From contig JACMPP010000023.1 of the NCBI GenBank assembly GCA_014377445.1, positions 1,539 to 65,538 of the forward strand: a DNA stretch of 64,000 bases, in the 5' to 3' direction. This document shows positions 37,821-48,018 of this stretch, piece by piece. The notes beneath the pieces were generated by a model. It saw only the letters and a program-made list of their open reading frames with translations. It was not told the DNA's origin and ran no database searches. A program made the translations under genes and the position numbers. Every line of letters begins with the position of its first letter. The stretch's first letter is position 1. The stretch is from Oligoflexus sp. Its GTDB lineage: Bacteria > Bdellovibrionota_B > Oligoflexia > Oligoflexales > Oligoflexaceae.

Positions 37821-38042
37821 CAGTTGGGAAAGCGCGTGTTTCCCGGCTTTAAAGATGCGATGGACAAAGGCCTGGATTGAGGGTAACCAGTGGAAATAGC
37901 TAGTTTGCTCGGCCGAATCGCTACGAAAGTAGAGTTCAATAGTTGACTCCTCTCATTTCGGTCTTATTCTTCACTGCTATAATTTCCTGACCGATTGACT
38001 AGGCTCAATCAAAGCCCCATATCAGCCCAAGGGAGACTTTCG

Positions 38043-39743
38043 ATGGATAAACGTCTTAACGATACGGTTCTTGCCAATAGCTACGATGCCGGTCATCAAA
38101 GCTTATCGTGGAATCCAGGTCAGGCCGGTGGCCTCCTTGCCGGTATCGATCTGCAAGCCATCATCGACAGTCCCGACGCTGCTCAGATCGTGCCGAGCCT
38201 CCCGGTTCAGCCGCTCTACTACGCCTTGAAGCAACGCGGCTTTGAAGACAGTCTTGAGATCCTTGCTCTGCTCTCGACCGAGCAGGTCGTGCACATGGCT
38301 GACTATGAAGTCTGGGATGGCGAAGATTTCTCACAGAAACGTATGTTTAAATTTTTGAAGCCGTTTGGGGAAATTTCCTCCGAGCAGCTCTACAATCGCT
38401 TCGCCGATCTCGACGAAGAATATCAGATCGCCACTCTTGAGGGGATCTTCACCGTCCACGAAGTGGAACATATTTACGATCTTCCGCTCGGTGTCGAAGA
38501 CCGCGCCTTCCCTATGCCTTGCCATACCGTTTTCTACGAAATGGCCCTCGACGAAAAAGAAGATATTGATTTCGTCGAAGGTTTGATGGAAAGCGTTCGC
38601 GAGCACAACATGAGCTACGCTTACGCGCTGCTCAGCCACTCGACCTTCAATCCACCGGCCGAAAACGAAGCTCAGGTTCTTCAGTTCCGCAAAGCCCGTC
38701 TCGAAGAAGATGGTTTTGTCAGCTATGAAGACAGCCTCCGCATCTTCTCGCCTCTGGATCGCCGAAGCCTTCGCCTCAAATGGCAAAACGAATCGGGTGT
38801 CGATGCCAATGAGCATTCCAAAGATGCCCTGATGCTCCAAGGCTCTGACCTCAACTTCTTTGATGCCTGTCTCCTCCGTGCGCGGGAAGACGGCGCTGAC
38901 GTGGAAGGTCTTTTCAACGTCCATCAGAGTCTTCTCTACCTGGCCAACGCACTCTGTGCGGCGGCCCGTGTGACAGCCGATGATCTTCATGGTCTGCATC
39001 GTGTTCTCGAGCAGGGCAAGGCTCTGGCCAGTCTCGGTCTCGAATATCTGGCTGACGGCAGCATCGATCTCGGTTCGAAGATCGTCTTGGGCGAGCACCC
39101 CAAATCGCTCTTCCAAGCTGGTTATGGCGTGATCGAAGATCTTCGTGGCGGCACGATCAAAGCGCTGAGACGCATGAATCTCCCAAGGACCATTGTCCTT
39201 GAACGCCTCTATATTTCCCGGCAATGGGGCCAAATGCTGCTTGAGATCGACCGCAACTGGCTTGACCTCATCGGAATGGAAGCTTCCGAGATTCTCAAAG
39301 GCCTGCTCAATCGCTTCCCGATGGTGGCCGTGGGCTCGACGAACGATACCAATCGTATCGAATTCCGTCCGATCTCGAGCCTTGCGGATGCCTACGAACT
39401 CGAACTCTCCGTTCAGGCAGTCATGGCTTACTTTGCGAATATCGTCCTGAGCGGTCGCGAATTGGATCGTCCTTTTGAAGTCATTCTGAGAGACATGGCG
39501 ACGGAAAGCCTCAGCAAAGGCCTTCAGCCCATGAATTGGGACATCGAGGGCAGCACCGCGCAGCTTCTAGATGCCTGGCGCGATCATCTACGCAACGAAT
39601 CGACACTTTGGATGATAGGCGAACGCCAAAGTCGCGAAGAGTCCCTGAGCCTCGCGATTTCGATGATACACGACGGTTTGCACGGCCTGATCGTTCTACC
39701 GAAGGTACCTTCACGCAGTCCTTCTCATGAGGAGATGATTTAA
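38043..39743 (+). CDS. DUF6178-like protein
   Basis: AIIDSPDAAQIVPSLPVQPLYYALKQRG...LSTEQV...W and ENEAQVLQFRKARLEEDGFVSYEDSLRIF match my recollection of DUF6178; start at ATG 38043 (GGGAG SD). Confidence 0.7.
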   Translation: MDKRLNDTVLANSYDAGHQSLSWNPGQAGGLLAGIDLQAIIDSPDAAQIVPSLPVQPLYYALKQRGFEDSLEILALLSTEQVVHMADYEVWDGEDFSQKRMFKFLKPFGEISSEQLYNRFADLDEEYQIATLEGIFTVHEVEHIYDLPLGVEDRAFPMPCHTVFYEMALDEKEDIDFVEGLMESVREHNMSYAYALLSHSTFNPPAENEAQVLQFRKARLEEDGFVSYEDSLRIFSPLDRRSLRLKWQNESGVDANEHSKDALMLQGSDLNFFDACLLRAREDGADVEGLFNVHQSLLYLANALCAAARVTADDLHGLHRVLEQGKALASLGLEYLADGSIDLGSKIVLGEHPKSLFQAGYGVIEDLRGGTIKALRRMNLPRTIVLERLYISRQWGQMLLEIDRNWLDLIGMEASEILKGLLNRFPMVAVGSTNDTNRIEFRPISSLADAYELELSVQAVMAYFANIVLSGRELDRPFEVILRDMATESLSKGLQPMNWDIEGSTAQLLDAWRDHLRNESTLWMIGERQSREESLSLAISMIHDGLHGLIVLPKVPSRSPSHEEMI

Positions 39744-40204
39744 TGACAGTTATCGACAATGACGACAATCTTCCTCCAGAGTTTCTGACCAACGACGAAT
39801 GCGTTGAACTCGCCGAGACGATGGTTAAGAAATATCGTATTGCTATGAAAGACCGAAGCTTCTCCATCCATGCTTCGGTCAAGGACAAAGGCGTTTACGT
39901 CACTGTCCTGCTCTCGAACAAGGATCAGAGCTACTACTATCCGGTTGATGCCCGTCTGGTGTTTGCTGCAGAAGAAATGGAACCTCGCGAAGCGGCTCTC
40001 TTCCTTATCGACTACATCGACACTTACTTCGAAGAGTATCTTTACGAAGAAGACGAGCAGATCTATCTGCCGATCGACTGGACCGACCATGAATATGAGG
40101 CCTTCACCTTTCAAATGAAGGGTCAGATCATCAATAAGAAGATCGAATCGATGGCCGATCAGTGGCTTGCTCAAGCGGAAGCCGCTCAGAATTCATCGAA
40201 CTAA
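39743..40204 (+). CDS. Conserved acidic hypothetical protein
   Basis: TAATG stop/start overlap with the upstream gene; GAGGAG SD; motifs YLPIDW and ESMADQWL. Confidence 0.8.
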   Translation: MTVIDNDDNLPPEFLTNDECVELAETMVKKYRIAMKDRSFSIHASVKDKGVYVTVLLSNKDQSYYYPVDARLVFAAEEMEPREAALFLIDYIDTYFEEYLYEEDEQIYLPIDWTDHEYEAFTFQMKGQIINKKIESMADQWLAQAEAAQNSSN

Positions 40205-40229
40205 CGACCAAGATAGTCGAAATAACTTT

Positions 40230-40262
40230 GCGCTCTCGCCTCCAGCGAGGGCGCTTTTTTTT
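40230..40262 (+). terminator. Intrinsic terminator
   Basis: GCGCTCTCGC-CTCCA-GCGAGGGCGC-T8. Confidence 0.8.
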
Positions 40263-40429
40263 GGGTTATCTTTTGTTGATTTTTAGCGATTTCTTCGAGT
40301 TCGCGAATCATTTATGAGAAAAAACATGATTTTTTTGGCAGAAAAACCAGAGATATTTCATTGATTCAAAGGTGAACCAAAATTCCTGTGAAATTTGCCT
40401 CGGATGTCTCGAAGAGGATAGGGGACTCG

Positions 40430-40668
40430 ATGGACATACGAAGACAGAGTCACAAAGCGTGACATGGCTCCAAGCCTTGATCCGAATTTTCGCGAAAAAG
40501 TCGATGCCATCTGCAAGCTTCTTCCCGAAGCCTCCTCAGGGAGACAAGGTCCTGTGCGCCGATGAGAAGTGCAGGTTGCAAGCTCTTCAGCAACGTTTTC
40601 CGCTACGGCTTGCTCGCAAGGGGCGGATGGGGCGTTGCGAGTTTGAATATGTTCGCCACGGCACTCAG
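40430..40668 (+). pseudogene. IS630-family transposase remnant (frameshifted, truncated)
   Basis: Joining frames gives WL / SLDPNFREKVDAICKL / PPQGDKVLCADEKCRLQALQQRFP...GRMGRCEFEYVRHGT, the IS630 DEK...EYxRHGT block. Confidence 0.8.
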
Positions 40669-40885
40669 ATAAGATTTGGCCGTGAGTCCGATGCGTTCAT
40701 TGCCGTTATGGGGGGCTCACGATCAGATGACTCCACGAAAACAGGGGTACTTCAATTTCACCAAAATGAATGATCTTCTTATCATGTTTCGTGAACAATT
40801 ATGTCGTCAGGACAATTCTCCTAATTGCACAAAACCTAAGATAAATACATCATGCCTTTTAGATTAACCAGTTAGTCCCAGTGAC

Positions 40886-40912
40886 TCAAGACGTAAGATG
40901 AAATACCGATAC
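40886..40912 (+). promoter_or_regulatory. Sigma-28 (FliA)-type promoter of the MCP
   Basis: TCAAG-N14-ACCGATAC, 51 nt upstream of a chemoreceptor ATG. Confidence 0.7.
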
Positions 40913-40963
40913 GCCCCCACACCCTGAAGTCAATAACGATTCTCTTTAAGTCTAGGATAAATC

Positions 40964-42643
40964 ATGAAAATATCAGGAATAAAAAATAAATTTATTGGGA
41001 TCATTGCGGTTTTTTGCATAACGGTAATTATAGTATTCGGAACGGGATTCTTTAATTTGAAGTATCTCAAAGAAAGAAATGAAGTTCTTCAAGAAGTTAT
41101 TGTGCTCCGCCGGTCGTTAGCGAACCGCATGACAATAAAAGTTTTGAGTGCAGAAATTGAAAAACACAATCTACTCCTGGCTGGAGAAAAAGAAGATACT
41201 GCTAAAATAGAAAAAGCTTATGAGACTAACGTCAAGGAAGCCAGAGATTATTTTGAACAGATATCAAAGTTATCTGATAAAAACATAAGTGAAATCCTAG
41301 AAAAAACAAACAAAGATTTTTCAACTTGGGAGCGTGAATCAAAAGAAATAAATCGGTTGGTTATTGCGGGGAAAAAAGATGCAGCCGAAGTAATTTTTAA
41401 AGGTGCCCACGCAAGTCTTAGTGAGAATCTCAAAAATGAAATAAATAGCATCCTCGAGTTCAGTAAAAAAGCAATGAAAATGCATGAAGAGGAAGATAAT
41501 AATGTTTTCAAATGGGCTTATATTTTCAGTCTAACCAGTGTAATTATAGGCTTGCTAACCGGATGCACTTTGTCCTTTTTTATTATCAGAAGTCTAATCA
41601 AATCCATCGATATCTCAATTCGGGACCTTAACAGCATGGCTGATCAAGTCTCCGACGCTGCAGTCGATGTATCGCTTTCCTCATCAAGTTTGTCTGATTC
41701 CACGACACAGCAAGCCTCCTCACTGGAAGAGACGTCCGCGGCGGTTGAAGAAATGAACTCTATGGTAGGACGAAACGCAGAATCTGCTAAAAGCAGTGTA
41801 GAGATAACGGCACGCACTGTCAGCTCGGCGAGAAGGGGGCAAAACGTAGTTGAGAACATGATGAGATCTATGGAAAAACTTTCCAGGGCTAACGTGGAAA
41901 TAAAATCCAAGAATGAAGAAAATAACCAAAGGTTTACTGAGATCATCCAAGTGATCAATGAAATCGGCAATAAGACTAAAGTCATCAATGAAATAGTCTT
42001 TCAAACGAAGCTACTTTCTTTCAATGCTTCTGTCGAAGCTGCTCGAGCAGGGGAACACGGTAAAGGGTTTTCTGTTGTGGCGGAAGAGGTTGGCAAGCTA
42101 GCGCAAATGAGTGGTAGTGCCGCGGCAGAAATCACTGCACTCCTAGCAGTAAGTTCGGAAAGAGTTCAACTCATAATAAACAAATCAAAATCTCAAAATG
42201 ACACAATTAGTTTAGAAAATAACCTTCACGTCGAAGAAGGTACAAAAATTGCCAGAGAGTGTGGAAGTGTTTTGAGCGATATTGTCTCAGAAATAAATGA
42301 AGTCTCACAAATGATTCATTCTATTTCGGAAGCGAGCGAAGAACAGGCAAAAGGCATTAGCGAGATTAATAAAGCAATAATTCAACTTGATCAAGTTACT
42401 CAAATCAATGCAGGTTCCGCTGAGCAAACGGCGGCAGCTTCCGAGCAACTATCTGCCCAAGCCCAAAATATGAAAACAAATATAAGTATCTTATCCGAGG
42501 TTATTAATGGAACCGATACTCATAAAAATCTGTCAGTAGGACTGATCAAAGACGGAAACAAAAAAGTTATATCAATTACGAAAAGGCTTCAAGAAGAGGC
42601 TTTGCAGAATACTTCGAAAAGAGGTCTAAATAAAGTGAGTTGA
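40964..42643 (+). CDS. Methyl-accepting chemotaxis protein (4HB-type sensor)
   Basis: Two TM helices; signalling hairpin [30 protein letters not shown]; visibly AT-rich relative to neighbours. Confidence 0.95.
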   Translation: MKISGIKNKFIGIIAVFCITVIIVFGTGFFNLKYLKERNEVLQEVIVLRRSLANRMTIKVLSAEIEKHNLLLAGEKEDTAKIEKAYETNVKEARDYFEQISKLSDKNISEILEKTNKDFSTWERESKEINRLVIAGKKDAAEVIFKGAHASLSENLKNEINSILEFSKKAMKMHEEEDNNVFKWAYIFSLTSVIIGLLTGCTLSFFIIRSLIKSIDISIRDLNSMADQVSDAAVDVSLSSSSLSDSTTQQASSLEETSAAVEEMNSMVGRNAESAKSSVEITARTVSSARRGQNVVENMMRSMEKLSRANVEIKSKNEENNQRFTEIIQVINEIGNKTKVINEIVFQTKLLSFNASVEAARAGEHGKGFSVVAEEVGKLAQMSGSAAAEITALLAVSSERVQLIINKSKSQNDTISLENNLHVEEGTKIARECGSVLSDIVSEINEVSQMIHSISEASEEQAKGISEINKAIIQLDQVTQINAGSAEQTAAASEQLSAQAQNMKTNISILSEVINGTDTHKNLSVGLIKDGNKKVISITKRLQEEALQNTSKRGLNKVS

Positions 42644-42959
42644 TAGGCTCTCGGATGGTCTGAAGTAGACCCTATCGGCTAGACCAATCTATTCCTGTGA
42701 AACCCTTTGTCGATCAGGATGGTTTTGGGTTAGCCGACCACCAAACTTGAAGCGAGTTTAAATGCGAAGCCTATTCTGGGAAATATCTTAAGGATTTCGA
42801 TATATTAGGAGCATGTGATTGGTGTATTCGAGCGGGAATTAAACTGAAAGCCGAGGTTGAAAACAGCGGTTTTTTGGCAGGGATAATCGAATTTTCGTCT
42901 CTGTTAAAATGAGGGGAATAAAGTCGGTCAGACCCAGGAGCCAACAATCCTGGGTTAGC

Positions 42960-43943
42960 TTATTCGCGAGGAGTAATGATGATCTTGGTTCCGTCATGGA
43001 GCGACACGAGGTTACGACCGTTGTGTTTGCACTCGTAGAGCGCAAGGTCGGCACGAGCCATGGTTTCCATGTAGGTTTCTTTGCCGATTTGAAGCGCAGC
43101 CACACCGCAGCTCATCGTCAGCGGAATGCGGCGATCTTCATACATAATCACTTCGGTCTCGATCGCCTGGCGCAGCTTGTTAGCTGCTATTCCCGCGTTT
43201 TCGAAGTTTGCTGCCGGGAGGATCACGAGAAATTCCTCGCCACCGTAACGACAGCAGACATCGGTTTTGCGGAAGGTCTGCTTCATGATACGAGCGACGA
43301 TTTTCAGCACATAGTCACCGGCCTGGTGACCGAAGCCGTCGTTGATTTTCTTGAAAAAGTCGATGTCACACATAACAAGGGACACAGGATAACCTTCCGA
43401 AGGAGGGAGGCTTTCCATGCGGGTGACCTGACCGTTGAGGAACTCTTCAAAGTAAGCCCGGGTGAAGAGCGTGGTAAGCGGGTCCGTGATGGATTGGATC
43501 GCTTTGCTTTTGTATTGATCCTGGAGCAAGGTTTCTGCCGTAACGTCACGGATGAGCACGAAGACCCCGAGTTTGGTCGCCGTCGCGGTATCGATGAAAG
43601 GATAGACGCCGAGGATTAGGTTTCTCGTGCCTTTCTGGCCGGTAATCTGGCCGCTGACTTCATCGATGCGGATCGTACTATCGTATTCGCAGAGTTCTTT
43701 AAACCCGAGTTTGGCCCCATCCACAGAGCAGGATAGGATCTGGTCGATGTTCTCAACTTTGAGGAGTTGGCGTGTGGTCTGGCCCATAAGTTGAGCCAGC
43801 ATTTGGTTCGCTTTGAGGATTTTGCCTTGGGTATCGATCAGCACGCAGGCGTCGAGGAGGACTTTTGTAAACGTATCGAAGCGCGCGAATTCAGAAAGAA
43901 TCGTCGCCGGTACCTGGTCAACTTTTATCGCCGCTTGAGACAT
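42960..43943 (-). CDS. PAS-GGDEF diguanylate cyclase
   Basis: DPLTTL, DIDFFKKINDGFGHQAGD, I-site RKTD, A-site GGEEF; N-terminal PAS-like segment. Confidence 0.93.
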   Translation of the reverse strand: MSQAAIKVDQVPATILSEFARFDTFTKVLLDACVLIDTQGKILKANQMLAQLMGQTTRQLLKVENIDQILSCSVDGAKLGFKELCEYDSTIRIDEVSGQITGQKGTRNLILGVYPFIDTATATKLGVFVLIRDVTAETLLQDQYKSKAIQSITDPLTTLFTRAYFEEFLNGQVTRMESLPPSEGYPVSLVMCDIDFFKKINDGFGHQAGDYVLKIVARIMKQTFRKTDVCCRYGGEEFLVILPAANFENAGIAANKLRQAIETEVIMYEDRRIPLTMSCGVAALQIGKETYMETMARADLALYECKHNGRNLVSLHDGTKIIITPRE

Positions 43944-43988
43944 TCGTTTACCCTATTCGTAATCCATTACCTAAGGCTTTCTATCTTA

Positions 43989-44468
43989 TCACGCCGCGAG
44001 AAAGGCGAAGTACTCTTCTTCCATCTCGGCCAATTCCATCTGAGCCCCGCATTCCGGGCAAGGTCTCGGAGGAAGTTCAACGTCGTTGCTCAGGGGCAGG
44101 GTCTTGCCGGCTTCGAAGAGAACTGTATCTTCATGGCCACAGGCATCACAAAGGTAAGCGCCGTATACTGATTGTATGGTCGCGGCGCCTTTGAAGCTAG
44201 GGATCATGTTAATCTGCATAACGATATCGCCCGTGCACTCTTGGAACACGATCTGGCGAGGGGTCTTTTGGAGTTCGCGCATGAAGTTGATCCAGCTACG
44301 AACACCACAGCTATTGACCGTTCCCGTGTTGCGGAAGTTGAATACAACGTGGTTACCGAGCTTCGGTAGGAGTTGGGCGAGATGGACTTCAGCCTCAGCA
44401 TCAATCGGGCCTTCGTAACCGATGAGATCCCAGCCGTCGCGTTGTACCATTTGAATACTTATGCCCAT
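43989..44468 (-). CDS. STAS-like protein with C-terminal zinc ribbon
   Basis: GPID...FNFRNTGTVNSCGVRSW matches the STAS DSxG loop; CDAC...CPEC. Confidence 0.75.
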   Translation of the reverse strand: MGISIQMVQRDGWDLIGYEGPIDAEAEVHLAQLLPKLGNHVVFNFRNTGTVNSCGVRSWINFMRELQKTPRQIVFQECTGDIVMQINMIPSFKGAATIQSVYGAYLCDACGHEDTVLFEAGKTLPLSNDVELPPRPCPECGAQMELAEMEEEYFAFLAA

Positions 44469-44513
44469 GTTATCCCTCTTTAATCTGCAGATTTGGACAC
44501 TGCCTTAGGATAA

Positions 44514-44540
44514 GGATCGGCATGTATTTGCTTTCCTTGA
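44514..44540 (-). promoter_or_regulatory. Sigma-28 (FliA)-type promoter of the STAS-DGC pair
   Basis: Minus strand TCAAG-N14-GCCGATCC, just after the speA terminator. Confidence 0.7.
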
Positions 44541-44544
44541 GGAC

Positions 44545-44578
44545 AAAAAAAGGAAAACCGCATGATGCGGTTTTCCTT
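44545..44578 (-). terminator. Intrinsic terminator after speA
   Basis: GGAAAACCGCAT/ATGCGGTTTTCC stem with T7 on the minus strand. Confidence 0.8.
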
Positions 44579-44597
44579 AAATTGTAAGCACTTGAAA

Positions 44598-46517
44598 TTA
44601 CTTGCCTTCGCGCAAGTAGGGCGACGAGGCCAAGTACGCTTCGATTTTCGTCTTAAAGACCTCGCCTTCGGCCTCGGAGATCATCTCCCTAGACACTGAG
44701 GTCGCAATCTGACGGTTCATGGATTCCCACATGAGGGGCATCTCGTAGTTACGGCTGGTAAGAAGTTCTTCGATCGGGTCGCCAACTGTGGTTTTGGCAA
44801 TTTCCCAACGTCCGTCTTCCCGCATGTTGATCTCAGCTTCGTTGATGGCACCGAAGAGGTTGTGCTCGTTGGCAAGACTCTCCTGGTAAGCACCAACGAG
44901 GAAGAAACCAAGGTAGTAGGGCTTCGACGATGGCGAGTGAAGATCGAGGACGCTGCGGGTGTCGCTGCGGTCGATAAACTGCTCCAGGCATCCGTCTGAG
45001 TCACAGGTAATGTCGACGATCGTCGCCTTGTGAGTCGGCTTTTTCTCGTGGTGAGAAAGAGGAATCACCGGGAAGAGCTGATCGATCGACCAGGAGTCAG
45101 GAATCGATTGGAAGATCGAGAAGTTCGCGAGGAACTTCGAGACCATTCTCTGTTGAAGGCTTTGGAATTCTTCGGTCTGATGTTTTTCATAAGACGAGAA
45201 GAAGAGGGCGCGACGGCAGATACGGTAGAACAATTGTTCCGCCGTGGCACGATCCTGAAGGTTCACGTAGCCCAGGTTGAAGAGGGTAAACATCTCTTCG
45301 TAGTACTCGATCGCATCATGGTAGTACTCAGCAAAGTTTTTGCGAGTGATGTTATCGAGGATATAGTTGAGCTCAGCGAGGCCTTTGGCTTGGGGCTTGC
45401 CCTGAGCCAGAGGATCGAATACGCCGGCCGCCGAGAAGCTCTCGGTGCTTTGCACTTCGCGAACGTCAGCGATGACGACGGAGTGATAGGCAGCGATTAC
45501 GCGGCCGCTTTCGGTAACGATCTGAGGACAAACCGTTTCTTCGTTCTTACAGACTTCGCCGATCTCGTAGATGACGTCGTTCGCAAGTTCCTGCAGCGAG
45601 TAGTTGGCACTCGAGGCAAAGGAGGTCTTGCTACCGTCATAGTCTACACCTACGCCACCACCGATGTTCAAACACAGAGGTTTGAAGCCCATCTTGTGAA
45701 CTTTGGAGTAAACGCGCGAGGCTTCCTTGATCGCATTCTTGATGCGTTTGATCTCAGTAACTTGGCTGCCGATGTGGAAGTGGAGCATGTAGAGCTGATC
45801 GGACAGGCCGGCTTCAGCCAACATGTTCAAGCACTGCAAGACTTCGATCGTGGTCAAACCGAATTTAGACGATTCGCCCGACGACTTCGCCCATTTGCCC
45901 GAACCGCGGCTGTATAGCTTGACGCGGATACCGACATGGGGGCAGTTCTTGGGATCTTCTTTGGCTTGATCGAGGATCATCTGCAGCTCGTCAGGGCCTT
46001 CCACGACGAGGACAACGTTCTTGCCCATGCCCTTAGCGATAAAGCCAAGGTCGATGAACTCGCGGTCTTTGAAGCCGTTACAGACGAAGAGAGCGTCCGG
46101 AGCCAGATCGTAGCTCAAAGCTGCGATGAACTCCGGCTTACTGCCGACTTCGAGACCGTAATTGTACTTTAGGCCGTACTTCACGACGTTATCGATGAAT
46201 TCACGACGTTGGTTCACCTTGAAGGGGAACACAGCGCGGTGGCTTCCTTGATAATTATACTCCCACATGGCTTCTTTAAAAGCCGAGTGGAGACGTGCAA
46301 TTTGGTTATCGATGATCTGCGGAAAGCGCATAATCATCGGCGGATGAATGCCTAGCGATTTCGACTTGAGGATAGCCTCAGGCAAATCGATCGAGAGGTG
46401 TTCTTCACCTGTGGGATGGCAGGCGACATTGCCATTGTCAGCGATGCTAAAGTAGCCAGCGCCCCAGCCGTCAATGCCGTACAGCTCACGAGCTTCTTGT
46501 ATCTGTTGAATATTCAT
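44598..46517 (-). CDS. speA: Biosynthetic arginine decarboxylase
   Basis: YGIDGWGAGYF, FPFKVNQ (PLP Lys), GLEVGSKPE, HFHIGSQ, DITCDSDG, GAYQE; start set at MNIQQ (46517). Confidence 0.95.
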   Translation of the reverse strand: MNIQQIQEARELYGIDGWGAGYFSIADNGNVACHPTGEEHLSIDLPEAILKSKSLGIHPPMIMRFPQIIDNQIARLHSAFKEAMWEYNYQGSHRAVFPFKVNQRREFIDNVVKYGLKYNYGLEVGSKPEFIAALSYDLAPDALFVCNGFKDREFIDLGFIAKGMGKNVVLVVEGPDELQMILDQAKEDPKNCPHVGIRVKLYSRGSGKWAKSSGESSKFGLTTIEVLQCLNMLAEAGLSDQLYMLHFHIGSQVTEIKRIKNAIKEASRVYSKVHKMGFKPLCLNIGGGVGVDYDGSKTSFASSANYSLQELANDVIYEIGEVCKNEETVCPQIVTESGRVIAAYHSVVIADVREVQSTESFSAAGVFDPLAQGKPQAKGLAELNYILDNITRKNFAEYYHDAIEYYEEMFTLFNLGYVNLQDRATAEQLFYRICRRALFFSSYEKHQTEEFQSLQQRMVSKFLANFSIFQSIPDSWSIDQLFPVIPLSHHEKKPTHKATIVDITCDSDGCLEQFIDRSDTRSVLDLHSPSSKPYYLGFFLVGAYQESLANEHNLFGAINEAEINMREDGRWEIAKTTVGDPIEELLTSRNYEMPLMWESMNRQIATSVSREMISEAEGEVFKTKIEAYLASSPYLREGK

Positions 46518-46716
46518 GGCTTTTCCCCCGCCAAAAGAGACATAAAATAGCGATACTTTAGTGATAATACAGTAAATTGCAAGGACAAATATGCGAAGTT
46601 CTGAAGAAATTTGCCGTTTCGGCCTCAGACGGCCCCAAGCGGCAGCATGCCTCAGCACAACTAGACAAGTCCCCCCGAACAGATTTAGAGTGGAACACTT
46701 TGCGATTGAGGACAAC

Positions 46717-47307
46717 ATGAGCTTGAGACTGACGACAGGATTCTGCAGTGGAATGAGCCTCCAGAGCCCTCCCGAGGGCACAAGACCAACTTCGGGGAAA
46801 GTCCGGACCGCGGTGATGAACTCGCTCCAGCTACGCATCCCCTCGGCTCGGGTGCTCGATGTCTTTGCCGGCTCGGGTGCGGTTGGTATTGAAGCTTTAA
46901 GTCGAGGGGCAGCATTGGCTTGTTTCGTGGAGTCAGGAGCGGAAGCCCTCAAAGCGCTTCGAATCAACCTTGCGGAAGTCGAGCGCCGCGGCAAAACCCT
47001 CCCGAAAGCTCCGATCATACGCATTTTCGCGACGAACGCCGTCAAGGCCCTTGCCCAGCAAAATGCTGCAAGCTTCGATATATTATGGTTCGATCCGCCT
47101 TATGCTATCCTCGTCCAGCAATGGCCCCTGCTCGTCCCTGAACTTCTTCGCATCGCCGCGGATGAGGCCTTGCTCGTGGTCGAAAGCGACGATGAGGCTG
47201 CCAAGTATTTGGCGACCTGGGCGCTCGATGAAGCTTGTCCCTGGGACATGAGCAAACAAAAGTTCTATGGTAAAATCGCCGTCAGTTTTTTTCAAAAAAA
47301 GAGTTGA
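46717..47307 (+). CDS. rsmD: 16S rRNA (guanine-966-N2)-methyltransferase
   Basis: TRPT, LDVFAGSGAVGIEALSRGA, DPPY; adjacent to coaD. Confidence 0.92.
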   Translation: MSLRLTTGFCSGMSLQSPPEGTRPTSGKVRTAVMNSLQLRIPSARVLDVFAGSGAVGIEALSRGAALACFVESGAEALKALRINLAEVERRGKTLPKAPIIRIFATNAVKALAQQNAASFDILWFDPPYAILVQQWPLLVPELLRIAADEALLVVESDDEAAKYLATWALDEACPWDMSKQKFYGKIAVSFFQKKS

Positions 47308-47316
47308 GGAAAAGAC

Positions 47317-47823
47317 ATGAGCAGCAAAAGCAGCCCTCCATCCATTCATCAACGCATCGCGATTTTTCCCGGCAGTTTTGATCCCTTCACGACAGGGCAT
47401 CAACAGATCGTTGAACAGGCGCTTGGACTCTTTGATAAAATTATTATCGGTATCGGCCTGAGCCTGAGCAAAGCGGCTTTGATGTCGATGGATGACAGGA
47501 TTTCGGCTTTGCAGAAAACCTTTGCCCATGAGTCCCGTATCGAAGCCAGGGCCTTCTCAGGTCTTGCCGTCGCTTTCGCGCGCAAGCACAATGCGCGCTT
47601 CATCGTGCGGGGCCTCCGCAGCTCGAGCGACTTCGACTACGAACTGCCGATGGCGCACACCAACAACGTGTTGGCCCCTGAAATTCAAACACTATTCTTT
47701 GCCACCGCCGCGGATCGTTCTTTCATCTCTTCGACCCTGGTCCGGGAAGTTGTGAAAAACGGGGGTGACTACTCAGCATTTGTGCCAACTGCCTTTTTGG
47801 AAAGTCTCAAAACCCCCAAGTAA
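47317..47823 (+). CDS. coaD: Pantetheine-phosphate adenylyltransferase
   Basis: FPGSFDPFTTGH, VRGLR...DFDYE, FISSTLVREV. Confidence 0.95.
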   Translation: MSSKSSPPSIHQRIAIFPGSFDPFTTGHQQIVEQALGLFDKIIIGIGLSLSKAALMSMDDRISALQKTFAHESRIEARAFSGLAVAFARKHNARFIVRGLRSSSDFDYELPMAHTNNVLAPEIQTLFFATAADRSFISSTLVREVVKNGGDYSAFVPTAFLESLKTPK

Positions 47824-47883
47824 ACTAAAAAATGGCTGTCCTTCGCCATAATTAAGGCTTTTTTCTCCGCTATCTCGCAACGC

Positions 47884-47931
47884 TTGACCTCAATGTCAAA
47901 ATCGTTTCTAATGGTAGAAGGTCAAAATCGT
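47884..47931 (+). promoter_or_regulatory. Sigma-70-like promoter overlapped by a direct repeat
   Basis: TTGACC-N17-TCTAAT; GTCAAAATCGT at 47895 and again at 47921. Confidence 0.5.
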
Positions 47932-48018
47932 CGAAAATCACTAATACGGATCGAGCATATGCCCACGAGCGGCCGCGCCTGATCCCTTGGGCATTCGAGC
48001 AAACCATCGGGAGCATCC

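Noticed and set aside
40372-40773. 133-aa ORF as a functional gene
   Set aside because: Only the middle matches IS630 and the adjacent motif is in another frame; treated as a pseudogene fragment.
46518-47045. 176-aa N-terminal extension of speA in the ORF track
   Set aside because: Overlaps rsmD in antisense; SpeA similarity starts at about 46517.
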